Source: an uncultured delta proteobacterium | GTDB lineage: Bacteria > Myxococcota > Myxococcia > Myxococcales > Myxococcaceae | Reading direction: 5' to 3' | DNA length: 64,000 nt | Assembly (NCBI GenBank): GCA_963796055.1 | Contig: CAWCKH010000004.1 | Location: 736,001-800,000 of the forward strand | Part shown: positions 41,042 to 51,558 of the stretch, piece after piece | Layout of the letters: each line of letters opens with the position of its first letter | Numbering within the stretch: position 1 is the stretch's first letter | Notes under the pieces: model-generated | Databases searched by the model: none | Told to the model about the DNA's origin: nothing | The model's input: the letters and a program-made list of their open reading frames with translations, nothing else | Made by a program: the position numbers and the translations under genes

Positions 41042-41826
41042 ATGAGAACGCATCGCTGGATCTTCGCAGTCCCGGTGGTCTGCGCGCTGACGGCCTGCCA
41101 GCACTGGGACTGGCATCAGCCGCCGCGGGGCGTGCCGGAGCAAGACGACTGCAAGCAGTACTCGGTGAAGGAGTCGATCTCGTTCTACGAGCAGTTCCTT
41201 CCGCCGCGCGGCTACTACCAGGTCTACGCCCTCGCGGAGCCGCCCGACGAGACGACGGAACCAACAAGGCTGCCCTACTCCTTCATCGTCTTCCGGGTCC
41301 GGGATGCGCGCTTCCCCGATCGGAAGGACCCGGTCGTCGAGCGCATCATCGGCCCCGTTCGCACCAAGGAGGAGTGGACGGACCTGTTCTCGGTCTTCCG
41401 CCGCTACGCCTCGTCCCCCCCGCCGGGTACTACTGCTGGCAGAACGACTGCCGGGGGAAGTACAGCCCGGCAGGTGATCCGGATCCCCGCGATCCCTACC
41501 CGCCGGAGATCCCCGACCACGCGGGGATCACGGTGCCCAGCGGACTCGGGACCACCCCCGTTCCACAAGGTGCCTATGGCCTTCGCGGTGGTCCAGCGCG
41601 GAGTCAGGGGACCGGAGGATCCGGTTTCGAGCCCGGGACCGGGGGAGCCGGATGCAACTTCGTCCCCCGCGACAAGACCGTGCTCACCGCCGAGCTTCTC
41701 GAGAAGCTCCGGGCGAGCGCCAGCCGGGTGGGCCAGGCGCTGGAGGACGTCCCGGAGGTGCCCGGTTGGCAGAAGCCTCCGCCGGTGCCTGAAGACAAGT
41801 CTGCGCAGCCGCCTGGAAGCAAGTGA
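41042..41826 (+). CDS. Cys/Pro-rich lipoprotein, hypothetical; one base missing in the C7 run 41415-41421
   Basis: GGGGGA RBS; lipobox LTAC; the GC3-rich frame switches at the C7 run into YYCWQNDC..; span is 785 = 3n-1. Confidence 0.65.
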
Positions 41827-42772
41827 GTCGCGCCACGGGCTCGCCGCGCTGGCGCTCGCGGGGGCGCTCGTTCTCCTGGGCTGCACTCCTCGCCCGTGGC
41901 CCGGGGAGCGAAGGGGTCGGCTTCCCGATCTCGCTCCCCCGGCGCTGATCGCCCGGGAGCCATCCTCGGGCCACGCAGGTCTGCTCGCGGTCACCTCCGG
42001 AGAGGGGCGGCCGCAGCGCTGGACGCGGGCGGGCGCGTGGAGTCGCGGGTCGACGAGGGGAATCGCCGCGCGGATCCAGGTGACCCGACCGGCGGTGGTC
42101 GGGGAGGAGCACTCCCTCGTCGAGGTGGAGGCGCAGCTCGGCAGCGTCGCACGCCACGCCGTGGAGATCGGGATCCGGACCTCCCGCCTGGAGTACGGCG
42201 ACTCCGATCCGCACCTCTTCGTCTTCGCCTGGGTCGCCGGGCGCCGGACCTGCTACGACCGATGCGGCTGGCAGGGGGTGCCCGCCGGCGCTCGCCCGGG
42301 CGAGGACCTCGCCGGACGGATCGGGACGGAGGTCACGCTGGGCCTCGTGCTGCACGAGGGCGCGTGGTGGGCATGGATGGACTCGGAGTGGCTGGGGGCC
42401 TTTCCGCTCGACGTCTGGAACGGCGCCTTCTCCGAAGCGGATGGGCTCCAGTGGTTCGGCGAGGTATTTGCTCCCGACGCCAGGCCTCGCTCGGAGATGG
42501 GCACCGGCCTCGCTGCCACCGTACCGGGCGCGGCGACGCTCCGCGGACTGTGTCACGTGCCGTGGGATCGCTGGGCCTGCGTCGAGGAGGAGCGAACGCA
42601 GCTGCGTGCTGACGCGCCGTCGCGCTATGGCGCGGCGCTCTGGGACGACGGGACTCTGACCTACGGCGGCCCGCAGAAGCCGCCGGCGGTCACACCGCGT
42701 CCACCACCTTCGTCAGCCAGCGCAGGAACGCCTCCGGCGACAGGAAGGTCAGCGCCATCTCGCCCACGTTGA
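41823..42772 (+). CDS. Neprosin-family (DUF239) glutamic prolyl endopeptidase-like lipoprotein; probable missing G at 41837-41839
   Basis: HSLVE, VEIG (Glu 42164), YGD..PHLFVFAW...TCYD.CG, WW....WLG.FP..W, QWFGEV (Glu 42461), MGTG, YGGP. GTG 41823 plus one G gives MSRATGLAALALAGALVLLGC. Confidence 0.72.
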
Positions 42773-43196
42773 TGCGGGTCGCCCCGCCGAGCGTCGCCGG
42801 AATGTTGGGCTGGACCGGAACGCCGTCGACCAGCGTGCCGTTGCGGCTGGCGGCGTCCACCACGTTCCAGCGGGCAATCTGCGTCGGGTCGGGGGTGAAG
42901 TAGGCGTGGAAGCGAGACACGCTGGCGTGGGGGAAGACCAGGTCGTTGTGCTCGGCGCGGCCGACGGTCACCCCGGCGCCGAACGGGTTCGCCCGGCCCT
43001 GGACCTTCTTCACCAGGAACACCACCGGGTTCTCGCGCGAGGGCGCGTGCTCGGGCGGCCTGGTCACCCAGTGCGCATCCGACAGCTCGCCTTCCCAGAC
43101 GACGAGCGGCGTCTCCAGCGCGCCCTGGAGGCCACCCTCGTCATCCACCAGACGGCGGACCCAGTCGGTGAGTGGGGCGCTGGAGGGAAGTTCCAT
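42690..43196 (-). CDS. FHA domain protein
   Basis: VTVGR..HNDLV....SVSRFHA..VD..SRNGT.VDG. Confidence 0.88.
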   Translation of the reverse strand: MELPSSAPLTDWVRRLVDDEGGLQGALETPLVVWEGELSDAHWVTRPPEHAPSRENPVVFLVKKVQGRANPFGAGVTVGRAEHNDLVFPHASVSRFHAYFTPDPTQIARWNVVDAASRNGTLVDGVPVQPNIPATLGGATRINVGEMALTFLSPEAFLRWLTKVVDAV

Positions 43197-43275
43197 GACC
43201 TCTCGAGTCCGGAAGGATTCCGCACGCCACGGTGTAGGTTCAAGTTTCCGTCCGGTGGAGATATGTGGGCATCGC

Positions 43276-43512
43276 ATGTACCGGCGATACACCGTGCACC
43301 GTGACGGAGACCTCCTGGTGGAGGACCTGGGTCCGGACGGCAGGCCCCTCGACCCCGAGCCGGTGCCCCCCGAGGACCGGCTGCCGGTGGAGCTGATCCT
43401 GCTCGGGCCGGACACGGTGGACGCGCGCGCACAGCTGCTGGACCTGCTCGAGCTGGCGTTCGAGATGGAGTCCACCCCCGAGGGAGAGCGCCCGGCACCG
43501 AAGCCACGCTGA
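43276..43512 (+). CDS. Small acidic hypothetical protein
   Basis: 78-aa ORF with strong GC3 bias that fills the gap between opposite-strand genes. Confidence 0.55.
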   Translation: MYRRYTVHRDGDLLVEDLGPDGRPLDPEPVPPEDRLPVELILLGPDTVDARAQLLDLLELAFEMESTPEGERPAPKPR

Positions 43513-43527
43513 GCGCAGACGTCCAGC

Positions 43528-44241
43528 TCAGCGGGAGGGCACCGGCGCACGCGCCTGGGCCACCACCACCATCCGGTCCGCGCCCGGCTCCCAGGGTCGG
43601 CCCTCGAAGTCGCGGTCGCGGCTGAGCGGCTCGAGCCCGGCAGCACCGAGGGCGTGGTCCACCTCCCCGGCGCTGAAGTGACGCAGCAGCAGCCGGTGGA
43701 TGTCGCCGTGCCCCTGGCGGGTGCGCCGGCTGTGGAGATGCGGGGTGAACACCGCGCGCTCGGGCTGCACGCCCTCGTGCGGGTCCACATCGTCGGGAAC
43801 GAGCCAGCGCGGCGGAGGCAGCGACAGGTCGAAGGCGAAGCTCGCCCCGGGCAGGAGGTGCTCGCGGGCGGTGAGGAAGAGCGCCTCGAGGTCGCTCCGC
43901 GTCGCCACCAGCGCCACCGCGTCGCGCGGGGCGAACACCGCGGCGAACCGCTGCGTGAGGCGAAGCGAGCGCAGGTCGGCGCGGAGCAGCTGCATCCGTC
44001 CCTGCCACTCGGGGGGAAGACCGCTCCGCGTCTCCTCGGCCCGGGCGAGCATGCGCGGGCTCGGCTCCGCGCCGGTCACCGGAACGCCACGCCGCACCAG
44101 CGCCTCGGCGAGCCGACCGTCGGCCACGCCCAGCACCAGCACCGGGCCGCCGGCCTCGGGGAGAAGCGACGCGTAGCGCGCCACCTCGCCCCGCGCTCCG
44201 CCCACCACCGTGAACGATCTCCGCCGCTCTCCACGCGCCAT
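43528..44241 (-). CDS. Class I SAM-dependent methyltransferase (motif I degenerate)
   Basis: PVLVLGVADGRL, GAEPSPRML, ADLRSL, HLLPGASFAFD. Confidence 0.78.
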   Translation of the reverse strand: MARGERRRSFTVVGGARGEVARYASLLPEAGGPVLVLGVADGRLAEALVRRGVPVTGAEPSPRMLARAEETRSGLPPEWQGRMQLLRADLRSLRLTQRFAAVFAPRDAVALVATRSDLEALFLTAREHLLPGASFAFDLSLPPPRWLVPDDVDPHEGVQPERAVFTPHLHSRRTRQGHGDIHRLLLRHFSAGEVDHALGAAGLEPLSRDRDFEGRPWEPGADRMVVVAQARAPVPSR

Positions 44242-44381
44242 GTGTGCCACACAATCCCGCAGGCACCGGAGTACCACACCACCGGCCGGTCGTTGTGCGC
44301 GAGGGTGTGCCTTCCGCGCTCCACAAGTCGGGACGGACCTTTCGTTGCGTGCCGAACTCCGTAGAATGGTGGCCCCCCGCG

Positions 44382-45742
<1,361 letters not shown>

Positions 45743-45746
<4 letters not shown>

Positions 45747-47995
45747 GCCGCCGCCGCTCAGCGTTGCTCGCGGGGAGCTTCGCGCTCCTCGCGCTGGTGG
45801 CCGGAATCGCCTGGCAGACCCAGCTGCGCCGGCCCGAGCCTCGGCTCACCGAGGTGGGCCCGCGGGTGGTGAGCAACCAGACCAGCCAGCCACTGTCGCT
45901 CTACGGCCAGAACCTCCGCAGCGGCATGAGGCTGCGGCTGTCGGCCCCCTTCGATCGCACGGTGCCGTTGACGGTGGTGGATCCGGGGCACGCCTACGTC
46001 CGGCTTCCGGCGGACCTCACCCTCCCACCCGAGACCCCGCAGGTGACGGTGGTGCTCTCGGTGGAGGGCCAGCGGGCGCGGTCCGAGGTGGGGCTCACGG
46101 TGGTGAACGACGCCGCCTTCGCCGACTGGACCTTGCTGGTCCGCGCCGGCGACCTGCTGTGGGCCGCCTCGACCACCACCGACGCGCTGGCGCTGATCGA
46201 TCCGCTGAAGGGCGAGGTCACCCACTTCCCCGGAGGTGACGGACCCTCGGCCCTGGCGGGGTGGACCGAGCCCGACGGCGAGCAACGGCTGGCGGTGGCG
46301 CACGCCTGGGCACCCGAGCTGTGGATCCTCGACGCCCGCACCGGCGCCGTCCTTCGCACGCTCGCCGCGCCGGCCTACGCGACCGGGGTGGTGGTGGACG
46401 CGCGCCGGCGTCTGGCCATCGTCGCCGAGACGGCGGAGAACACGGTGCGGGCGCTCTCGCTCGAGGACGGCCGCGAGCGCTGGCGCAGCGAGGTGCTGCC
46501 CGATCCGAAGCCGCTTGCCCTGGCCGGGGACCTGGTGGTGGTGGGTAGCCAGGGCAGCGGCGAGCTGCAGACCCTGGCGCTGGACGACGGCCGGGCCACC
46601 GACTCCATCGGCCCCAGGCCGGGCACGCCCATCGTCGGCGGTCACACCGAGCCGCACGCGCGTGACGTGATGGGCGGCAAGGCGCCGCGCTCGCTGTTCT
46701 GGTCCACCCGGCTGGGGAAGCTCTTCGTCACCAGCATCGGTCCCAACATCGGCCCCAACCCCCAGCGGATGGAGGTCTCGATGAACGGCGGAGTGGGGGT
46801 GGTGGACCTCGGCACGCACCGCTTCGAGCGACATCTGGGCTTCGGCGCGGGGGTGACCGAGGGCCTGGCGCTGGACGACGATCAGGGCCGGCTCTACGTG
46901 GCGGACATCGGGCTGGGGCTGGTGCGCGCGGTGAACGCCGCGGCGCTGGCCTCCAGTGAAAGTCAGGCACGACAGGCGGAGCTGTGGAGGCTGCCCATCC
47001 TGCCTCCCCCCGATTTCCCGCTCGCCCGCGCGGCGGCGGACTACGGGGTGAACGGCCGGGCGGGCGTGGAGCTGCACTCCGGCCCCCGGGCCCTCGCGCT
47101 CTCCGCGACCGGCACCGTGCTGTACGTGCTGGACCGGTTCACCGCCACGGTGGCGATCGTCGACGGGGTGCGCACCGCGCAGCCACGGGTGGAGCGGCAA
47201 ATCACGCTCCAGCCCGGCATCGGGGCACGGGAGCGGCGGCTCGGGCAGGTGCTGTACTTCACCGACATGGGCCAGAGCGGGATGAGCTGCGACGCCTGCC
47301 ACCTCGAAGGGCACGACGAGGGCATCCTCTTCGAGAAGACCCACCCGCTGCGCATCTACCGGAGCCCCACGGTGCGCGGCACCCGCGAGACCCCGCCCTA
47401 CTTCACCCCGGCGAGCACGTTCAGCCTGGCCGAGACCTCGCGGATGGTGGGCGACCGGAACCGGTACATGAACCCGACGCTCACCGAGTCCGAGGTTCGC
47501 CAGCTCACCCTGTTCAGCGCGACGGTGACCAACCTCCCCAACCCCTACCGTGGCCCCGACGGGGCGCCGCCCGCCTCGCTCGCCCTGCCCGGAGGAGGGA
47601 CCGGCCGGCCGGCGGAGGGGAGGCGGCTCTTCGACGGCAAGGCGGACTGCGTCCGTTGCCATCCGCCCCCGCTCTTCACCACCGATCAGGAGCTGTCGAC
47701 CCGCGGCCACTTCATCGACGTGGGCACTCCGCGGGCGTTTCCGCTGCGAACCGGAGATCAGGAGATGGTCTTCCGGGGTGTGGGCGTGCCCTCGCTGGTC
47801 GGAGGCTGGGACGTGTTCCCCATGCTGACCACCGGGCTGGCGGGCTTCCGCGAGGAGAACGGCCGGGCGGTGGTCGCCGACCGCGTGCCGCTGCGGGCGA
47901 TGATCGACCGGTACTCCGCCCCGCCGCACGGGAACGCCGCGGCGCTCGACGCGCAGCAGAGGGCTGACCTGCTCGCCTATCTCCTGACGCTCTGA
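45743..47995 (+). CDS. mtsA: MtsA-like protein: N-terminal anchor, YncE-type beta-propeller and di-haem cytochrome c
   Basis: GTG overlaps the EBP stop; propeller blades (GPSALA, GPRALALS); CDACH at about 47288 and CVRCH at about 47648; position at the head of the mts-like locus. Confidence 0.7.
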
Positions 47996-48170
47996 GACCT
48001 GCGCGCCAGCGTCCCCGTGGTGGAGGGTGCCGAGCACCGTGATCTGGCTGCCGAGCCGGGCCCGGGTGTGGAGCCGAGACCCGGACCGGGCGCCACAGCC
48101 CACGGACGCCCACCGCAGGCCCGTTCACCAACTCCACGCATTCCCGACGTTTCGCTGCTCCAGCGCGCGC

Positions 48171-48186
48171 TGGATCGCCAGTTGCT
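48171..48186 (+). promoter_or_regulatory. Sigma54 (-24/-12) promoter of mtsC copy 1
   Basis: TGGATCG-CCAG-TTGCT, exact GG-N10-GC spacing, 37 nt before ATG 48224. Confidence 0.75.
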
Positions 48187-48223
48187 AGCGACGACGAGCA
48201 AACGGCGCATCTGGAGACTTCGC

Positions 48224-49535
48224 ATGACCCGAGCTCTTGGAACGGTGGTGGTCGGCCTGGCCCTGCTCTGGGCCGTGCCATCACTCGCGCAGAACGCTGA
48301 CAACCCGGAATGTCTCGGCACCCAGTGCGGCGCGCCCAAGGAGGAGGGCGGCGGCTGCGGCTGCGGGTGTGGCTGCGGCTGCTCGGTGTGGGTGAGCTAC
48401 ACCGACGACGGCAAGACGCTGTCCTACACCGACGACGCCGACGGTGACGGCAAGTCCGACGGCTTCGACAACTGCCCCTTCGTCGCCAACCGCGACCAGG
48501 CCGACGGCGACGGTGACGGCGTGGGCAATGCCTGCGACAACTGCTCCAGCGTTGCCAATCCCGACCAGCGCGACACCGACGGCGATGGCAAGGGTGACGC
48601 CTGCGATGACGACAGCGACGGCGACGGCATCCTCAACGCCCAGGACAACTGCCCCAACATTCCCAACGCCGACCAGCTCGACACCGACCAGGATGGCAAG
48701 GGCGACGCCTGTGACGAGGACGACGACAACGACGGCGTCGCCGACGCGGCGGACCACTGCCCCCGCTACCACGATGCCAGCAACCCCGCCCACCATCGCC
48801 GGCGTGCAGTGCGTGGTGGACTCCGACAATGACGGCGTCGACGATGCCCGCGACAACTGCCCCACCGTGGCCAACGTCGACCAGAAGGACACCGACAACG
48901 ACGGCATCGGTGACGCCTGCGACAAGGACATCGACAACGACGGCGTGCTGAATGCCCAGGACAACTGCGTCAAGGACGCCAACGCCGACCAGCGCGACGA
49001 CGACGGCGACGGCGTGGGCGACGTCTGCGACCCGAGGTACTGCGTGGTCGTCGACCCGTCCAACCCCAACGCCTGCCTCGACCCCAACGCCGCCTTCGCG
49101 GTGAGCGCCGGTGGCAGCATCACCCTCAAGCGGGGTGAGGCCCTGCGGCTGCCGCTGTTCGCCAACCGCAACAACGTGGGCATCAGCTACAGCTGGACCG
49201 TCAGCGCGCGGCCCTCCGGCTCTTCGGCCGCGGTCCAGAACCCCATCGGCGTGGCCAGCGTCAGCCGTCACTGGAGCTACGCGTACCCGGACGCGGTGGG
49301 CAAGCCCATCTTCACCCCCGACGCCGAGGGCGAGTTCACCCTGCAGCTGACCGCGAAGATGGTGACCCCGGATGCGCGTTACCCCGGGGTGAGCCAGTCC
49401 ACTGCGGCGCTGACGGTGAAGGTCCAGCCGAGTGCCTCGGCCAGCGGCGGCTGCACCGCGCTGCCCTTGGGCGCTCCGGGCGTGGGTCTGGCCCTCGCCG
49501 CCCTCGGCCTCCTCGTCCGCCGCCGCCGTTCATGA
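48224..49535 (+). CDS. mtsC: Thrombospondin type-3 repeat MYXO-CTERM protein (MtsC-like), copy 1; one extra C at 48784-48787
   Basis: Signal peptide; GC-repeat tract; DNC....N.DQ.D.D.DG.GDACD repeats; GGC-TM-RRRR tail; span is 1312 = 3n+1 versus 1311 for copy 2. Confidence 0.8.
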
Positions 49536-49610
49536 GCAGCACGACTCCGGAGATCCGCCGGGACAACTGACTCCCCTTTCGCGCCGCGTCCCGGCGGCCT
49601 CCGAAGTCGA

Positions 49611-49652
49611 CCCGCCACGGTGAGTCCCCCGCTCCCCGTGGCGGGTTTTTTT
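49611..49652 (+). terminator. Rho-independent terminator after mtsC copy 1
   Basis: Stem CCCGCCACGG / CCGTGGCGGG followed by T7. Confidence 0.88.
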
Positions 49653-49777
49653 CTTCGGGGTTCGACGTGGGCGGCTGTCGCACCGAAGCGCACGAGGGCG
49701 ACGGGAAGATGATGGTGGAAAAATCCACGGGCGATCGGTGGAGCCACATCGCGGGTACACTCCGCGGTCTCCCACGC

Positions 49778-51367
49778 ATGCGCAGGCTCCTCGCTCTCGT
49801 TCTCCTCGCCTCGACCGTTGCCTGCACCGACGCCGGCGTGTACGCCCTGCAGGGAAGCGGAATCCCCGGACCGGATCGCACCGCGTTCGAGGGAGACGTC
49901 TGCGTGCCACTGGCCGCCGGCGACACCTTCCCGGTGAAGGTGCTCTTCGTGGTCGAAGGCGGGAACACCGTCCCGGTCTCGACGGTGGGGGCGATCGTCA
50001 CCAGCATCCAGAACGCGGCCCAGCGCTCGGGCACCAACGTGAAGTTCGCGCTCGCCGCGTACCACGTCACCGCCCAGGGGCTGCAGGGCAGCTTCGTGGA
50101 CGGGGTGCAGATGCTGGGGCAGCTGACGAACTACCCCGCCTTCCAGCAGGTGGGGCCGGTGAGCATGCGCAGCGCGCTCAAGCTCGCCAAGAGCATCCTC
50201 TCCGGCGACATGCAGACCGCCTGCCGGGGCTCGGTGAACCGCACCCGGTACCTGGTGATCATGATCCAGACCTCGGCGGACACCAGCTGCGACTACCCCG
50301 CGCTCAACGCCGGGCTGAGCACCGCCTGTACCGTGCTGCCCACCTCGCTGGATTGCTCCAAGTGCGAGCTCACCGAGGTGACCGGGGAGATCAAGGCGCT
50401 CGAGCAGCAGTACGGCGCGGGCCAGGTCTCGGTCCAGCCGATCTACGTCTTCGACACCCCGCCCGGGCCGGATCAGGCGGTGATCGATCAGGACACCGTC
50501 ATCTCCACCTCCGGAGGAGGGACCACTCCCCGGACCGCCAACGACCAGACGCTGGACGCGGTGCTGGGAGGAATCAGCTTCGCCTCGGTGCAGCGCGAGC
50601 TCTCCATCAAGCGCTTCTTCGCCTTCAACCGGAACGCGCTGGCCCGCGGTGGCCAGCAGCTGGTCGACTCCGACGGAGACGGGCTGGCCGACGACGAGGA
50701 GAAGACCATCGGCACCGACCCGCTGAACCCGGACACCGACGGCGACGGGCTGGGGGACGGGCTGGAACGCGCCGCGGGGCTCGATCCGCTGAAGGACGAC
50801 ATCACCGGCGTCATCCAGTGCAACCCCTTCCTCGACGACGACGCCGACCTCCTCAACGAGTGCGAGGAGCGGGTCATCGGCACCGATCCCTGCGTGGCCG
50901 ACAGCGACGGCGATGGGCTCAGCGACTTCGTCGAGGTGATGTCCCGCACCAATCCCCTCACCCCCGAGGACCTCATCGACACCGATCGCGACGGCGCCTC
51001 CAACGCCGACGAGGTCACCAGCCACACCGATCCGTTGAGCAACGACGGCGAGTACCGGGCGGACCGGGGATACGTCGTCCAGGTGAGCGACGCGGAGCCC
51101 ACCGTGGATGGCCGCGCCTGCTACCACGTGCGCGCGACCAACGTCTCGCTGGTGGCCACCCAGGCCCGGCCCGACGCGCTCGGCAACATCATCCCCGCCG
51201 GCACCAACGACATCATCCTGTACTTCCAGTCGGGCCGGTCCAACGACCCGCACGGCGTCGGCATCGCCGAGACGTTCGAGCAGCGGGTGGTCTTCTCGCC
51301 GCCCAACAACAAGAACCCGGGGGGGACGATCGGTCTGTCCCCCGAGGCCTTCGTGGTCGGACGATGA
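49778..51367 (+). CDS. mtsB: VWA-like plus Ca-binding (TSP3-like) lipoprotein, MtsB-like
   Basis: Lipobox TVAC; FPVKVLFVV first VWA strand with degenerate MIDAS (EGGNT); DSDGDGL.D.EE..GTDP..DTDGDG repeats. Confidence 0.7.
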   Translation: MRRLLALVLLASTVACTDAGVYALQGSGIPGPDRTAFEGDVCVPLAAGDTFPVKVLFVVEGGNTVPVSTVGAIVTSIQNAAQRSGTNVKFALAAYHVTAQGLQGSFVDGVQMLGQLTNYPAFQQVGPVSMRSALKLAKSILSGDMQTACRGSVNRTRYLVIMIQTSADTSCDYPALNAGLSTACTVLPTSLDCSKCELTEVTGEIKALEQQYGAGQVSVQPIYVFDTPPGPDQAVIDQDTVISTSGGGTTPRTANDQTLDAVLGGISFASVQRELSIKRFFAFNRNALARGGQQLVDSDGDGLADDEEKTIGTDPLNPDTDGDGLGDGLERAAGLDPLKDDITGVIQCNPFLDDDADLLNECEERVIGTDPCVADSDGDGLSDFVEVMSRTNPLTPEDLIDTDRDGASNADEVTSHTDPLSNDGEYRADRGYVVQVSDAEPTVDGRACYHVRATNVSLVATQARPDALGNIIPAGTNDIILYFQSGRSNDPHGVGIAETFEQRVVFSPPNNKNPGGTIGLSPEAFVVGR

Positions 51368-51505
51368 CCCCGCTGATCCACCGGATCCGGAAGGGGACCA
51401 CACCCCACAGCCCCAGAGGGGGGCCGACCCCACAACCACATGGTCCGGAGTGGAACCTCTCGCACAAGTCGCCGGATCACAGCGGTTTTTTGAGACCCGG
51501 ACGAG

Positions 51506-51521
51506 CGGCGCGCCTTTTGCT
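51506..51521 (+). promoter_or_regulatory. Sigma54 (-24/-12) promoter of mtsC copy 2 and probably mtsDEF
   Basis: CGGCGCG-CCTT-TTGCT, exact GG-N10-GC spacing, 37 nt before ATG 51559. Confidence 0.75.
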
Positions 51522-51558
51522 CTCTCGCTCCCTCGCTCCTGCGGAAGGGATTGGAACC

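Noticed and set aside
40541..42772. 743-aa ORF as a single protein
   Set aside because: The first part overlaps the CHAT gene out of frame and the middle lacks GC3 bias. Two lipoprotein genes with single-base errors fit better.
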